DNA of 43,477 bases from Methanomassiliicoccaceae archaeon UBA537 (GCA_002504495.1 DATC01000053.1:1-43477); one strand, 5' to 3'. Positions 9,947-19,660 are shown, counted from the first letter of the stretch. Translations and numbers: made by a program. The notes: generated by a model from the letters alone, not told the origin.

Positions 9947-9955
9947 GGTGCTGGG

Positions 9956-10225
9956 ATGGGACAGATCGCTGCAGCCTACGACCTCATGCCCGAGAGCACC
10001 GAGATCGACCTCGAAGGTATCGTCGCCAAACTTCCCGGCGTCATCCCCGAAGGCGTCAAGATCACCGAGACCCAGATCAAGCCCGTCGCGTTCGGGCTCA
10101 TGAAGGTCTGGGTCGGACTCATCATCGACGATACCGACCAGGAGGTCGGCACCAAGCTGGAGGATGCGCTCCGCTCCATTCCTGGAATCGAGAATGTCGA
10201 GTGCGTCGCCAGCACCGTCGTCTGA
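9956..10225 (+). CDS. ef1b: translation elongation factor aEF-1beta
   Basis: 89 aa with MPES.EIDLE and PVAFGL motifs; GAGGTG SD upstream. Confidence 0.92.
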   Translation: MGQIAAAYDLMPESTEIDLEGIVAKLPGVIPEGVKITETQIKPVAFGLMKVWVGLIIDDTDQEVGTKLEDALRSIPGIENVECVASTVV

Positions 10226-10235
10226 TATCTGAAAC

Positions 10236-10266
10236 GCGGGCTCTGCCCGCCTTTTCCATTTTTTCC
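10236..10266 (+). terminator. hairpin plus T-tract after ef1b
   Basis: GCGGGC-TCT-GCCCGC followed by CTTTTCCATTTTTTCC. Confidence 0.55.
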
Positions 10267-10286
10267 GATCCTGCGGGGTCGTGTCC

Positions 10287-11174
10287 ATGAGATTCACAGC
10301 AGATTGCGGGCCCTGCCTCATGCGCAGAGTCCTTTTCCAATCGCGTCTCGCCGGAACCGGGCGCGAATTCGAGGCGGTGAAGGCCTCCGCGGAGGTCCTC
10401 GGCAGCAGCATGGATCCGGATGTCGAATCCGTCCGCATAGCGACCGAGGTGCACAGGGCGGCATATGCCGCCGTCGGATGCGAGGACCCGTACAGGGAGC
10501 TCAAGATCCGCGCCGATGCCGTGGCGGGTCCCATCGCCGAGCGTCTGGAAGGCATCGTCCGTGATTCGGACGACCCTCTTCGGGCCGCGGTCATGGGGGC
10601 TGTTGCGGGGAACGTGCTCGATTTCGGCAACGGGACCGCGATGGACTCTCCGGACGGATTCGAGGAGGCCTATTCGGAGCTGGTCGGCCAGGGTCTCGCC
10701 GTGGACGATACGGCCCTCCTATCCGAACTGATATCCTCCTCCCCGGGTGTCGTCTACATGTTCGACAACTGCGGGGAATCGTGTCTCGATCTGGTCCTCA
10801 TGAGGCTCATCAGAGGAATGGGCAAGCGCGTGGTCGCGGTCGTCCGCGGAGCTCCCATACTCAACGATGTCGCCATGGAGGACGCCCTTCGCATCCGCAC
10901 CGACGAGGTCGCGGACAGGATCGTCGACACGGGAGGATTCTTCATAGGAGTGGATTGGGACGATCTTCCCGAGGCGCTCTCGGAGGAGATCGGAAGATGC
11001 GGTCTGATCATCGCCAAGGGGATGGCCAATTTCGAGGCGTCCTCGGGTCGCGGGATCCCCGTCCCGATCGTCCATATCCTCAGGACCAAGTGCGCTCCGG
11101 TCGCTCAGGCCCTCGGGGCGCCCCAGAATGTTAATGTCGTCAAGGTCGTTGTCCCCTCGAGGAACAATCCATGA
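10287..11174 (+). CDS. DUF89/ARMT1-like damage-control metal-dependent phosphatase
   Basis: CxPC, DPY..K, GNVLDFG, DNCGE, PILND, KGMANFE and KC motifs. Confidence 0.9.
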   Translation: MRFTADCGPCLMRRVLFQSRLAGTGREFEAVKASAEVLGSSMDPDVESVRIATEVHRAAYAAVGCEDPYRELKIRADAVAGPIAERLEGIVRDSDDPLRAAVMGAVAGNVLDFGNGTAMDSPDGFEEAYSELVGQGLAVDDTALLSELISSSPGVVYMFDNCGESCLDLVLMRLIRGMGKRVVAVVRGAPILNDVAMEDALRIRTDEVADRIVDTGGFFIGVDWDDLPEALSEEIGRCGLIIAKGMANFEASSGRGIPVPIVHILRTKCAPVAQALGAPQNVNVVKVVVPSRNNP

Positions 11175-12193
11175 GCGTCAGGCAAGCAGTGGTCATGGTC
11201 GGAGGAAAGGGCACGAGGCTCCTCCCTCTGACGGAGACGAGACCCAAGATCATCCTTCCCGTCGCGGACCGTCCGTGCCTGTGGTACCTCCTGAGGTCCC
11301 TGGCCGCCGGAGGCATCAAGGAGGTCATACTCGCCTGCGGATACAAGTCCGAGCTCATGAGGACCGCCATAGGCGACGGCTCCGACCTGGGATTGGACAT
11401 AGAGTACTCCTACGAGGACGAGCCCCTGGGCACCGGAGGTGCCATGAAGCTCGTGGAGGACCGTCTGGACGACACCTTCGTGGCCGCCAACGGGGACGTG
11501 TTCGTATCCATGGACGTGTCGGGAGAGATCGATATCCACAGGAGCACCGGCGCCGCCGTGACGATCGCATTGACGCCCGTAGACAATCCATGCGAGTTCG
11601 GGATAGCCCGTGTCGACGACGAGCTCAGGATCACCGAGTTCAAGGAGAAGCCGAAGCCGGAAGAGGTCTTCTCCAATCTCATCAACGCGGGAGTGTACGT
11701 CCTGCAGAAGGATGTCCTGTCCGAGGTTCCCGAGGGAACGTTCTACGATTTCTCCAAGGACCTGGTGCCGAGGCTCATGTCCGAAGGCAGGAGGATCCAG
11801 GGATACGAGGTGGACGGCATCTGGATGGATGTCGGACGCCCGAGGGATCTCCTCAGGGCCAATCTGGCCATAGCCGACGCGGAATACGCCGGAAGGGACT
11901 GGAAGGCCCCGGGATGCGCACTGGACGGCTCGTTCTATCTGGGTCCCGGATCGTCCGTCAACGGATGCAGGCTCACCGACACCGCGATACTCAACCACTC
12001 ATCCGTCAAGGCCTCCGATCTGGACCGCGTCCTCGTGATGGAGGGATGCGAGATACACGGCGCGAGGATAGCCAACAGCATCCTCGGAGAAGGGTGTCGT
12101 GTCGGCAAGGGCGCCGTCGTCACCGATTCCGTCCTGGCCGACGGGACCGTGGTGAAGCCCGGGGAGGTCCTCGATCAGGGCCGCACCGTCTGA
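11171..12193 (+). CDS. sugar-1-phosphate guanylyltransferase-like NDP-sugar synthase with C-terminal hexapeptide repeats
   Basis: GGKGTRLLPLT..RPK, EPLGTGG, NGD, EKP, INAGVY and WMDVG motifs. Confidence 0.9.
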   Translation: MSVRQAVVMVGGKGTRLLPLTETRPKIILPVADRPCLWYLLRSLAAGGIKEVILACGYKSELMRTAIGDGSDLGLDIEYSYEDEPLGTGGAMKLVEDRLDDTFVAANGDVFVSMDVSGEIDIHRSTGAAVTIALTPVDNPCEFGIARVDDELRITEFKEKPKPEEVFSNLINAGVYVLQKDVLSEVPEGTFYDFSKDLVPRLMSEGRRIQGYEVDGIWMDVGRPRDLLRANLAIADAEYAGRDWKAPGCALDGSFYLGPGSSVNGCRLTDTAILNHSSVKASDLDRVLVMEGCEIHGARIANSILGEGCRVGKGAVVTDSVLADGTVVKPGEVLDQGRTV

Positions 12194-12273
12194 CCGCCGA
12201 CGGCCTGCGGACGTTCGAAGAAGCGTCCAATCGGGCTATATACACCCACGCTCATCCAGCCGGCGGTAGTCCA

Positions 12274-12636
12274 ATGTATGTCATATCCCTCATCGTGAAG
12301 AACGAATTCGGTGTGATGCAGAGGGTCATGGGGGAGTTCACCCGCAACAAGATCAACGTCGAGACCATCGTCGTGGGCAAATGCGAGATCCCCGGAAGAT
12401 CCCGCATGGTGCTGTCCGTCGTCGGTCAGGACGCCGCAAGGACCGCCATCGGCAGGCTGCAGAAGCTCCAGGACGTCTACTCGGCAGAGCTCGTTCCCGA
12501 GTCCGGACAGTCCGCATACGCGCTGATCTCCACTACCAAGGGCAATGTAGGTCTTGTCGGAGGATCCGACGAGGTGGAGGAGGTCATCGACGGGATGTCC
12601 CCTGAACGCTACGTGAAGGCCCTCAACGCGCTCTGA
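12274..12636 (+). CDS. ACT-domain protein resembling acetolactate synthase small subunit
   Basis: ISLIVKNEFGVMQRV...FTR.KINVETIVVG...SRM...RLQKLQDV; TATA element (CTATATAC) upstream. Confidence 0.75.
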   Translation: MYVISLIVKNEFGVMQRVMGEFTRNKINVETIVVGKCEIPGRSRMVLSVVGQDAARTAIGRLQKLQDVYSAELVPESGQSAYALISTTKGNVGLVGGSDEVEEVIDGMSPERYVKALNAL

Positions 12637-12667
12637 ACCACTTTCGACGGCCTCGGGAGGAAGCTGG

Positions 12668-14023
12668 ATGGGCGAAGGCATGACAGGTTCGGCGATCAGA
12701 TGGGCGCACGCCCACCCTTTGCTCCTGATGCTGGTCCTCGCCCTCGTGTTCAGGCTCGTCCTGATGCCGTTCCTCGTCTACGACTTCGACATCTATCATT
12801 GGGCTCTCATCATAGAGAACATCCAGGCCGGGAACGGTCTCTACGAGGTCGCCGGATACTACTACACGCCCGTATGGGGCTATATCCTGGGCGCGATGAC
12901 GGGCCTTCTGGATCTGTTCGGAGGCCTGGACGTCTTCGGAGTCAGGTACACCGAGCTCCTGCCGGTGGAGGACCTCGTCTGCAGGTTCCACATAGCCACC
13001 ATCACCACGTTGGACTTCAACATCGCGATGAAGGTCCTCCTTGTGGCCTGCGACTTCGCCGTGGCGGCCCTGATCCACAGATTCACCATCGATCTGACCT
13101 CGGATCCGAGGAAGGCTCTGTTCGCGACGGCGCTGTGGCTCTTCTGTCTTCCCGTCGTCTACATGTCGGCTATCCAGGCGCAGTTCGATACGATCTCCGC
13201 GCTGTTCACGCTGCTGACCGTGTACCTGCTGTACAGGGACCAGCCTCTTCTGGCGGGCATGATGTTCTCGTGCACCGTGCTCCTGAAGTTCTTCCCTGCC
13301 TTCATGATCCTGGTCCTCGTGGCGTACATATGGACGAAGCACAGGGACGACGGCAGGGCTGTCGGGATGATCGTGCAGGCCGTCCTCGGAGCAGTCGTAG
13401 TCTTCATCGTGTTCTATGCGCCGCAGATCGTCGACGGGAACTTCCTGGACAGCATATCCTTCGTCACGGGCAGGGTCGGCACATCCAATGCCCTCGGCAG
13501 CGTCGCGAAGGTCGCCATAATGCTGGTCGGAACCGTCGTCTCGGGGCTGGCCATGCTCCGTTCCGAGGGGGACCTCGACAGGAGGCTGATCCGGTGCTGC
13601 ATGGTGGCGCTGGTCTTCGTCGTGCTTCCGTCGACGACTCCGCAGTACCCTATCGTGTTCATCCCGCTGCTCGCGATGGTCATAGCCGACGGCTGCGGCG
13701 CCTACATGCGCCCGTACATCGTCATGACGGTGGGCGCCGTGCTCAATGCGCTGACCGTCAACAACTTCTCCCTTCTGCTCTCGATCTCGGAGGAATCGTC
13801 CCTGGTGTCCCCGTCGTGGGTCGTCTCGGCGATGCAGTCCCTCGAGTCCGTCACGTTATTCGGCGAGACGATCGTCACCGTGTCGTGCGCGGTCGCCGGA
13901 GTCGTCCAGGCGATCGGGACGCTCTTCATACTCATGGTGTTCTTCAGGGCCGGCATCGAGCGCGCGGTCCCGAGGTCCCGTCGTCTTCTCGATCTGATAG
14001 GTGGTCAACATGTCGAACGATAA
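12668..14023 (+). CDS. GT-C fold membrane glycosyltransferase (PIG-M/GT87-like)
   Basis: YDFD, GYYYTPVWGY, QAQFD, LKFFP and TPQY motifs; ends CGA-TAA. Confidence 0.82.
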   Translation: MGEGMTGSAIRWAHAHPLLLMLVLALVFRLVLMPFLVYDFDIYHWALIIENIQAGNGLYEVAGYYYTPVWGYILGAMTGLLDLFGGLDVFGVRYTELLPVEDLVCRFHIATITTLDFNIAMKVLLVACDFAVAALIHRFTIDLTSDPRKALFATALWLFCLPVVYMSAIQAQFDTISALFTLLTVYLLYRDQPLLAGMMFSCTVLLKFFPAFMILVLVAYIWTKHRDDGRAVGMIVQAVLGAVVVFIVFYAPQIVDGNFLDSISFVTGRVGTSNALGSVAKVAIMLVGTVVSGLAMLRSEGDLDRRLIRCCMVALVFVVLPSTTPQYPIVFIPLLAMVIADGCGAYMRPYIVMTVGAVLNALTVNNFSLLLSISEESSLVSPSWVVSAMQSLESVTLFGETIVTVSCAVAGVVQAIGTLFILMVFFRAGIERAVPRSRRLLDLIGGQHVER

Positions 14024-15056
14024 GCGCACCGATCTCCGTCTCGCAGTCATCGCGATAGCCATAATCGCCGTTCTGGTGGCGGGGGAGATCGTGGTCTACA
14101 CATCGGATTACACCGACTACTCCGCTTCGGCATCGATTGACGGGGATCTGGTCTCGTACGAGATCTCCGCGACGGGATCCAAGGAGTACTCCGTCGTGGT
14201 CTCGGACAACGGCTCCCACAGGCAGACGGAGCGCCTGTACATCTATCAGGACGATTCGTACAAGACCGACTATTCGGATGTCCTGGTGGCGGTAGGCGCG
14301 CGCGAACTCGACCAGGCCTACTACATAGAGCAGCTCGGTCCTACGCTCAGATATCGCGGGATCCACGACATCGAGATCCTGGACGCGGACGCTCTCAGGG
14401 AGCGCCTGATATCCGATGCGGAGTCCGGGCAGTCCTCGACCGCAGGGCTCGTCATGCTCTCGGGAGCATTCCCGTCGACCGTCTACACGGGGTCCGCGGA
14501 CGATCCTGTGATGAAATGGATATCGTCCGGAGGAAGCCTGTTCTGGATCGGCAATCTCATAGGCGCTTGCTATGCGACCCACGATGCTCTGGTTCCAGTG
14601 GAAGGCTATCAGGAGCTGTTCTTCGGGGCGGAGTGCCTCAACACGTCCGGGGGGAAGGCGTACTCCGAGGTGGATTCCAACGGCTACTGCTCCGCGCTGT
14701 CCCTCAAGAACAACCAGCTCGCCTACGCCGTGGACTGCAGCAGGGTCACCGGCCGCACGGCGCTTCCCGTGGGATTCGCATCCGACGGGTACTCCTCGGC
14801 TGCGCTCGTCTCGTACGGGTCGGGCATGGTGTGCGTGATCGCGGGGGACTACTCCAACATGCAGCGCGAGGATCTGGCGCAGATAATATCGTCCGGCATC
14901 GGGCCGGAGTCCATGATCATCGGCAGGGCCTTCGGAACTGCATCGGGGACGGCATCGGGCTCCTTCCACGTGGACGCCGCGGCAGGACATGCCTCCGCGT
15001 TCATCTACCTCGGAGGATACTACCCCGTGTACTGCAAGGCCATAGCCCTGTCCTGA
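14010..15056 (+). CDS. N-terminally anchored extracellular protein, paralog of 3745..4761
   Basis: One N-terminal TM followed by GAFPSTVYTG..DDP..W..GG.LFW and GSGMVCVIAG. Confidence 0.75.
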   Translation: MSNDKRTDLRLAVIAIAIIAVLVAGEIVVYTSDYTDYSASASIDGDLVSYEISATGSKEYSVVVSDNGSHRQTERLYIYQDDSYKTDYSDVLVAVGARELDQAYYIEQLGPTLRYRGIHDIEILDADALRERLISDAESGQSSTAGLVMLSGAFPSTVYTGSADDPVMKWISSGGSLFWIGNLIGACYATHDALVPVEGYQELFFGAECLNTSGGKAYSEVDSNGYCSALSLKNNQLAYAVDCSRVTGRTALPVGFASDGYSSAALVSYGSGMVCVIAGDYSNMQREDLAQIISSGIGPESMIIGRAFGTASGTASGSFHVDAAAGHASAFIYLGGYYPVYCKAIALS

Positions 15057-15063
15057 GGGAACC

Positions 15064-16386
15064 ATGCGCATGAGCAGGTTCCTTGCGACGGTCATCGTGA
15101 CGGGGATCGTCCTCAGGCTGGCGATCGCCGCTCTGTTCTCGTTCCCGTACGATTTCCACAGCTGGGCTCTCATAATCTCCAATTTCGAGGCCGGGAACGG
15201 CCTGTACGACGTGGCCGGCTTCAACTACGCGCCCCCTTGGGGGTATGTGCTGGGGCTCTTCTCCCAATTCGCGGAGCTCGCGGGAGTCGATGTGCTGGGC
15301 GTGTTCTCAACGGAGTTCCTCTTCATGGAGGAGTCGTCCTGGTCGCCCACCGCCTTCGTGACGTCCGAGGCGTTCAACGTAGCATTCGAGTTCGTTCTCC
15401 TGGCGTTCGATCTGGTCATGTCGAGCATGCTGTACGGCATCGTCATGGAGAGGAGATCCGACGAGCGCATGGCGGAGAAGACCTTCGCGCTGTGGTTCCT
15501 CTGCCCCTTTGTTCTCGCCGTGACCTGCATAGGCGGCATGTTCGATGGACTCTCGGCCATCACCGCCGTCCTGAGCATGGCCCTGGCGGTGCGCAGGAGG
15601 TTCTTCCTGTCGGGATCCATGATCGCCTGCGCGGCCCTTTTGAAGCTGTTCCCGGCATTCCTCGTGTTCGTTCTCGTGGGATACGTCGTCTGCTCGTATC
15701 CGGATCGCAGACAGGCCCGCGCCCATATCCTGAAGGCGGTGGCCGGAGCCGTTCTGACCGTGGTCGTTCTCCTGCTTCCTCAGATCATGGACGGTACCCT
15801 TCCGTACTGCTTCTCGTTCATCTCCTCCCGTGCCGACGGAGGCATGGGGAACGGGTTCGGGATGCTGATGAGCATGGCGGTGATCGCGGTCTATCTGGCG
15901 ATACTGGTCCTGTCTTTCCTGATCGGGCGCTATATGGCGCGTTATAAGGGGGAGGACCGCGAGAGGAAGTTCTTCATGATGATGTCGCTCAATGTGGCCG
16001 TCCTGTTCATCTGTCCCGCCAATCCTCAGTACATACTGCTCCTCGCGCCGTTCCTGATCCTACTCATGGTCTTCGACGGGAATCGCGGCTACTCCAAAGC
16101 GTATATTCTCTTGTGCATAGGGGCGACGATGTCGGTCTGTACATCGATAGTCCCTTCCTTGGAATCGTTCTCCTTGTTCACCGGGTTCATGGACCCTGAT
16201 TGGCTCGTGTCGGCTATAGGGGTGTGGACGGCTGAGTGGCATGGAATCAGCCTTGCTTCCATACTCTGGGTTGGCGGCGTGATACAGTATATCGCCACCA
16301 CCCTGGTTATTTACACGTTCTGGAAGGGTGAGTTCGGAGGTGCCGTTCCATCCGTCCGTCATCGTGTACGGGCTGGAACGTCGTGA
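15064..16386 (+). CDS. GT-C fold membrane glycosyltransferase (PIG-M/GT87-like)
   Basis: PYDF, GNGLYDVAGFNYAPPWGY, WFLCP, GMFD, LKLFP and NPQY motifs; clear paralog of 12668..14023. Confidence 0.82.
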   Translation: MRMSRFLATVIVTGIVLRLAIAALFSFPYDFHSWALIISNFEAGNGLYDVAGFNYAPPWGYVLGLFSQFAELAGVDVLGVFSTEFLFMEESSWSPTAFVTSEAFNVAFEFVLLAFDLVMSSMLYGIVMERRSDERMAEKTFALWFLCPFVLAVTCIGGMFDGLSAITAVLSMALAVRRRFFLSGSMIACAALLKLFPAFLVFVLVGYVVCSYPDRRQARAHILKAVAGAVLTVVVLLLPQIMDGTLPYCFSFISSRADGGMGNGFGMLMSMAVIAVYLAILVLSFLIGRYMARYKGEDRERKFFMMMSLNVAVLFICPANPQYILLLAPFLILLMVFDGNRGYSKAYILLCIGATMSVCTSIVPSLESFSLFTGFMDPDWLVSAIGVWTAEWHGISLASILWVGGVIQYIATTLVIYTFWKGEFGGAVPSVRHRVRAGTS

Positions 16387-16512
16387 TAATCGTATCCGTT
16401 TACCTTTCGGTCGGTTGTTTTCTTCGTCGCTAACACGGCGACCGATATCTCGTATAGTATAGACGGAAAGGGGAGTCCTGGAGAGACCGACATCTCTCCA
16501 GGGTGATTTCAG

Positions 16513-16605
16513 ATGCCTGACCCATCTGAGAACAGGAGGATAAAAATCCTCGAGGCCTTGCTGGATGCGATCCGCATCCTCGCGAAGGTCTTCGACCTGC
16601 TGTAA
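16513..16605 (+). CDS. unannotated 30-aa amphipathic peptide MPDPSENRRIKILEALLDAIRILAKVFDLL (TisB-like candidate toxin)
   Basis: GGGTGA SD at 16501-16506, ATG 16513, TAA 16603-16605; flanked by hairpins; below the ORF-track length cutoff. Confidence 0.6.
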   Translation: MPDPSENRRIKILEALLDAIRILAKVFDLL

Positions 16606-16728
16606 GGCAGATCGGAGCTTGGCCCGGCTTGGGGCCTGCCCGGGTTGTTGACGCGACCCGGGTATTCTCACCCTCCATCTCCCGTGATACTCTGTACAAC
16701 TCGAGCGTATATAACGGGTCCTGTGCGT

Positions 16729-17388
16729 TCATTCGAGATATCGATCTTCGTGACAGAGACTCGCCTCGATCGCATAGTAGTACCGCGGGTCGCAGGTGCT
16801 GAAGTAGGAGTACCATGCATCGAGCGTCTCTGGTGAGAAGACCGACAGACGTTCGAGAATCAGCTTCGACCACAGGAGCCCTCCCGGAGAGCCTGCCGTT
16901 ATGACGCCGCCGTCGCTCACGGCGGGGACATCCTTATACATCGGGCCTCCGCGATAGCTTGGAGAGAAATGCTCGAGGAAGCCGGGGCCGTTGCTCGTGT
17001 GCAGGCGGCGATCCAGGATGCCGCGGTCCGCCAGCGCCACCGTGGATCCGCATATCGCGCACACCGTCCCGCCCTTGGAGACGATATCCTCTGCGGCATC
17101 CATGATGCGCGCTTTCCTGAGCTCGGGCCATGCCGACGATCCAGGGAGGATCAGGACGGCATTCTCATCTGTCTCTATGTCGGGAACCGCGATGTCCGGA
17201 ACCATGTTCATCCCGCCCATCGAGCGCCTGGCTTCCTTCGTATCGCCGACGGTCGAGAAGCGCACCTCAGGCGCGTCATCGCGGAAGAACCTCTTCGAAC
17301 ACAATTCCGGGGTCACATGACCGATCTCCCAGTCCGCCATCCCGTTCTGGATGTAGACGTACACATCGTACGAACTTCTGTCGCTCAT
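16729..17388 (-). CDS. DJ-1/PfpI family (class I glutamine amidotransferase-like) protein
   Basis: ADWEIG, LILPG...W, AICG (nucleophile Cys) and HTSN motifs; CGA four codons before the TGA. Confidence 0.88.
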   Translation of the reverse strand: MSDRSSYDVYVYIQNGMADWEIGHVTPELCSKRFFRDDAPEVRFSTVGDTKEARRSMGGMNMVPDIAVPDIETDENAVLILPGSSAWPELRKARIMDAAEDIVSKGGTVCAICGSTVALADRGILDRRLHTSNGPGFLEHFSPSYRGGPMYKDVPAVSDGGVITAGSPGGLLWSKLILERLSVFSPETLDAWYSYFSTCDPRYYYAIEASLCHEDRYLE

Positions 17389-17548
17389 GGAGTCGTCCAC
17401 TCGGCCTACGTATATGGATGTGACAGGGGGAGGTCGCCGAAAACGGGTGCGAGGAAGCGTTACGATCGTACCGGGGCTTCAACGGGGAAGGAGGTCCGGC
17501 GCGTTTCCGAAGAACAGATTATAAACGAGTAAGGATACGCCCGCCCCG

Positions 17549-18115
17549 ATGGGTTCTATCGGAGGTCTGTACAGGGATCATCGCGAAGGCATCTCCTACG
17601 TGTTCTGGGGAGCGCTGACGACCGTAGTAAACCTCCTGGCGTACATGGCGTTCGTCCGCTGGTGCGGGATAGGGGACTTCCTGAGCAACATCCTTTCCTG
17701 GGTAGTCGGGGTGGTGTTCGCCTTCGCCGTCAACAAGTGGTTCGTCTTCAGGAGCCGCGGACTCGGGCTCAGGACCATCGTATGGGAGCTCGGTTCGTTC
17801 ACAGGGTCCAGGATTTTCACAGGTGTGATCGCATGGGTCCTGTTCCCGATCATCAATGCGACCGCGATAGGCACCTGGAGTCTTGATTTCTGGATCCTCG
17901 GCGCGATCCTCGGCACCAGCGGAATGGGAGCGAAGATCATCACCAGCCTGATCGAGATAGTTCTGAACTGGGTGCTCAGCAAGCACTTGGTGTTCAAGAA
18001 GGGCCAGTCCGAGAGCGAGCGACGTCCTCGAGTATCTCCTCGAGATGCCCGATGTGCCTGTTCCACGTGTAGGTCTCGGCCTGCCTTCTTGCCAGGATGC
18101 CCTTCTCCTGTCTGA
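17549..18115 (+). CDS. GtrA family membrane protein (lipid-linked sugar flippase-like)
   Basis: YxFWGxLTTVVN, FAFAVNKWFVF and LNWVLSKHLVFKK. Homology ends near 18000; the in-frame CGA at 18020 precedes a low-quality tail overlapping the convergent gene. Confidence 0.88.
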   Translation: MGSIGGLYRDHREGISYVFWGALTTVVNLLAYMAFVRWCGIGDFLSNILSWVVGVVFAFAVNKWFVFRSRGLGLRTIVWELGSFTGSRIFTGVIAWVLFPIINATAIGTWSLDFWILGAILGTSGMGAKIITSLIEIVLNWVLSKHLVFKKGQSESERRPRVSPRDARCACSTCRSRPAFLPGCPSPV

Positions 18116-19085
18116 GCCCCGGATCGTCCAGCATGGCGTTCATGGCATCGGCTAGACCCTTTGCGTCTCCGGGTTCGACGCCCAGGCCTCCGTTCCCGAC
18201 GACCTCCGGCAGGCCGTCGACCTTCGAGAACACGAGCGGCTTCCCGCGCCCCATGCTCTCCAGAGCGGCCAGTCCGAAGGACTCGAACAGGCTGGGCATG
18301 ACATGGAACATGCATCTGTCGATCAGGTCGGCCTTCTCCGTCTCGGAGACGTAGCCGCGGAATTCGATCCTGCTCTCCAGTCCGCGCTTGGCGCACAGAT
18401 GCTTCAGCCTGTCCTCTTCCGGACCCTTTCCGCATACGACGAGCCTGCAATCCACATTCTCCATGGCTTCTATGAGGACGTCTATCCCCTTGGTCTTCAC
18501 GAGCCTTCCGAAGGAGAGCACGAAGTCCTCCTCCGGGACGTCGGAGACCTCCGGGAGCTCCATGCACGGAGGAACGTAGTCCGTCCTCTCCTCGGGGATC
18601 CCCCTGCGGATGAGGTCGTTCTGCACGTACCTGCTCACGCATATGATGCGGTCGAATGTGTCCAGCACGGGACGGAAGAGGTCGTCGTTGATCTCCGATG
18701 CCATATGCTCTATGCCTATGCCCTCGCCCCACATGTTGTGATATGTGAACGTCTTCGGGCCGTCGTACCTCTTCAGGTCCTTGTTGTAGGATGGCGCCCA
18801 GCGGTAGTTGTAGTTCACTACGTCGGCATCCATCCCTTCGAGCGTTTCGAGGACTCCCTTGGATGATATGTACGGAGGATTGTAGCGTCCGATCAGCCTG
18901 GAGGGGAGCCTGACGATGCGGTACCCCCATTTCGTGATCTCCTCCTCCGGGGTGTCGGGAAGCCTGCCGGTGAGGACCGTGACATCGTGCCCCCTGGAAG
19001 ACAGCAGTCTGGCGATGTCGTGCATGCGGTTCTCGATGCCTCCCTTGTACGGGAGGAAGAACGGGTTGACGTCCACGTATCTCAT
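17994..19085 (-). CDS. glycosyltransferase family 4
   Basis: ATG 19085; GGIE, FGRLVKTKG and PSLFESFGLAALESM (E-x7-E) motifs. Confidence 0.9.
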   Translation of the reverse strand: MRYVDVNPFFLPYKGGIENRMHDIARLLSSRGHDVTVLTGRLPDTPEEEITKWGYRIVRLPSRLIGRYNPPYISSKGVLETLEGMDADVVNYNYRWAPSYNKDLKRYDGPKTFTYHNMWGEGIGIEHMASEINDDLFRPVLDTFDRIICVSRYVQNDLIRRGIPEERTDYVPPCMELPEVSDVPEEDFVLSFGRLVKTKGIDVLIEAMENVDCRLVVCGKGPEEDRLKHLCAKRGLESRIEFRGYVSETEKADLIDRCMFHVMPSLFESFGLAALESMGRGKPLVFSKVDGLPEVVGNGGLGVEPGDAKGLADAMNAMLDDPGLRQEKGILARRQAETYTWNRHIGHLEEILEDVARSRTGPS

Positions 19086-19660
19086 TGCAATCCCTCTCTG
19101 CGCTTTCTGAAGAACGATGCCGCGAAGCTGGCGGCTATGACCGCGATGATGAAGACCAGGGTGACGGTCTGCGCCTCGTCGGATCCGAGATAGTCTATGA
19201 AGAATCCGTTCGCAATGAGGATCGTCCCGTACTTGAGCAGGCATCCCAGGGCGTTGTACGCAAGACATTTCCTCACGTTCCATCCGTCCACCATCGCGAT
19301 GAACGCTCCGAGGAACGGGATCATGGGCGCCACCCTGTTGACCAGTATTATCCTCTCGTCGTTCACCAGGAGGAATCCGATGTATCTGTTGGCCACCTTG
19401 GATATCCTCTCCGGCACGCGGATCCTGGATACCAGCAGGTACAGCGAGAGGACTCCGATCATCTCGGCGGTCATGGCGGTCAGGAGCAGGACGGCTCCGA
19501 ACCACGGATCCGGGTGCGCGCTGAATCCGAGCACCATGAACAGCTCGGGAAGCGTGGGGAATGCGAAGGCGTCGATCAGGAACAGGAGGAATATGCAGAG
19601 GACGATCCCCGCATCGCCCATGTCGGAGAAAAGCCCGAACAGGATGCTGCTGACGCTCAT
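19082..19660 (-). CDS. DedA/VTT-like membrane protein
   Basis: IDAFAFPTLPE and NRVAPMIPF motifs with several TM segments; translationally coupled on both sides. Confidence 0.65.
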   Translation of the reverse strand: MSVSSILFGLFSDMGDAGIVLCIFLLFLIDAFAFPTLPELFMVLGFSAHPDPWFGAVLLLTAMTAEMIGVLSLYLLVSRIRVPERISKVANRYIGFLLVNDERIILVNRVAPMIPFLGAFIAMVDGWNVRKCLAYNALGCLLKYGTILIANGFFIDYLGSDEAQTVTLVFIIAVIAASFAASFFRKRREGLQ

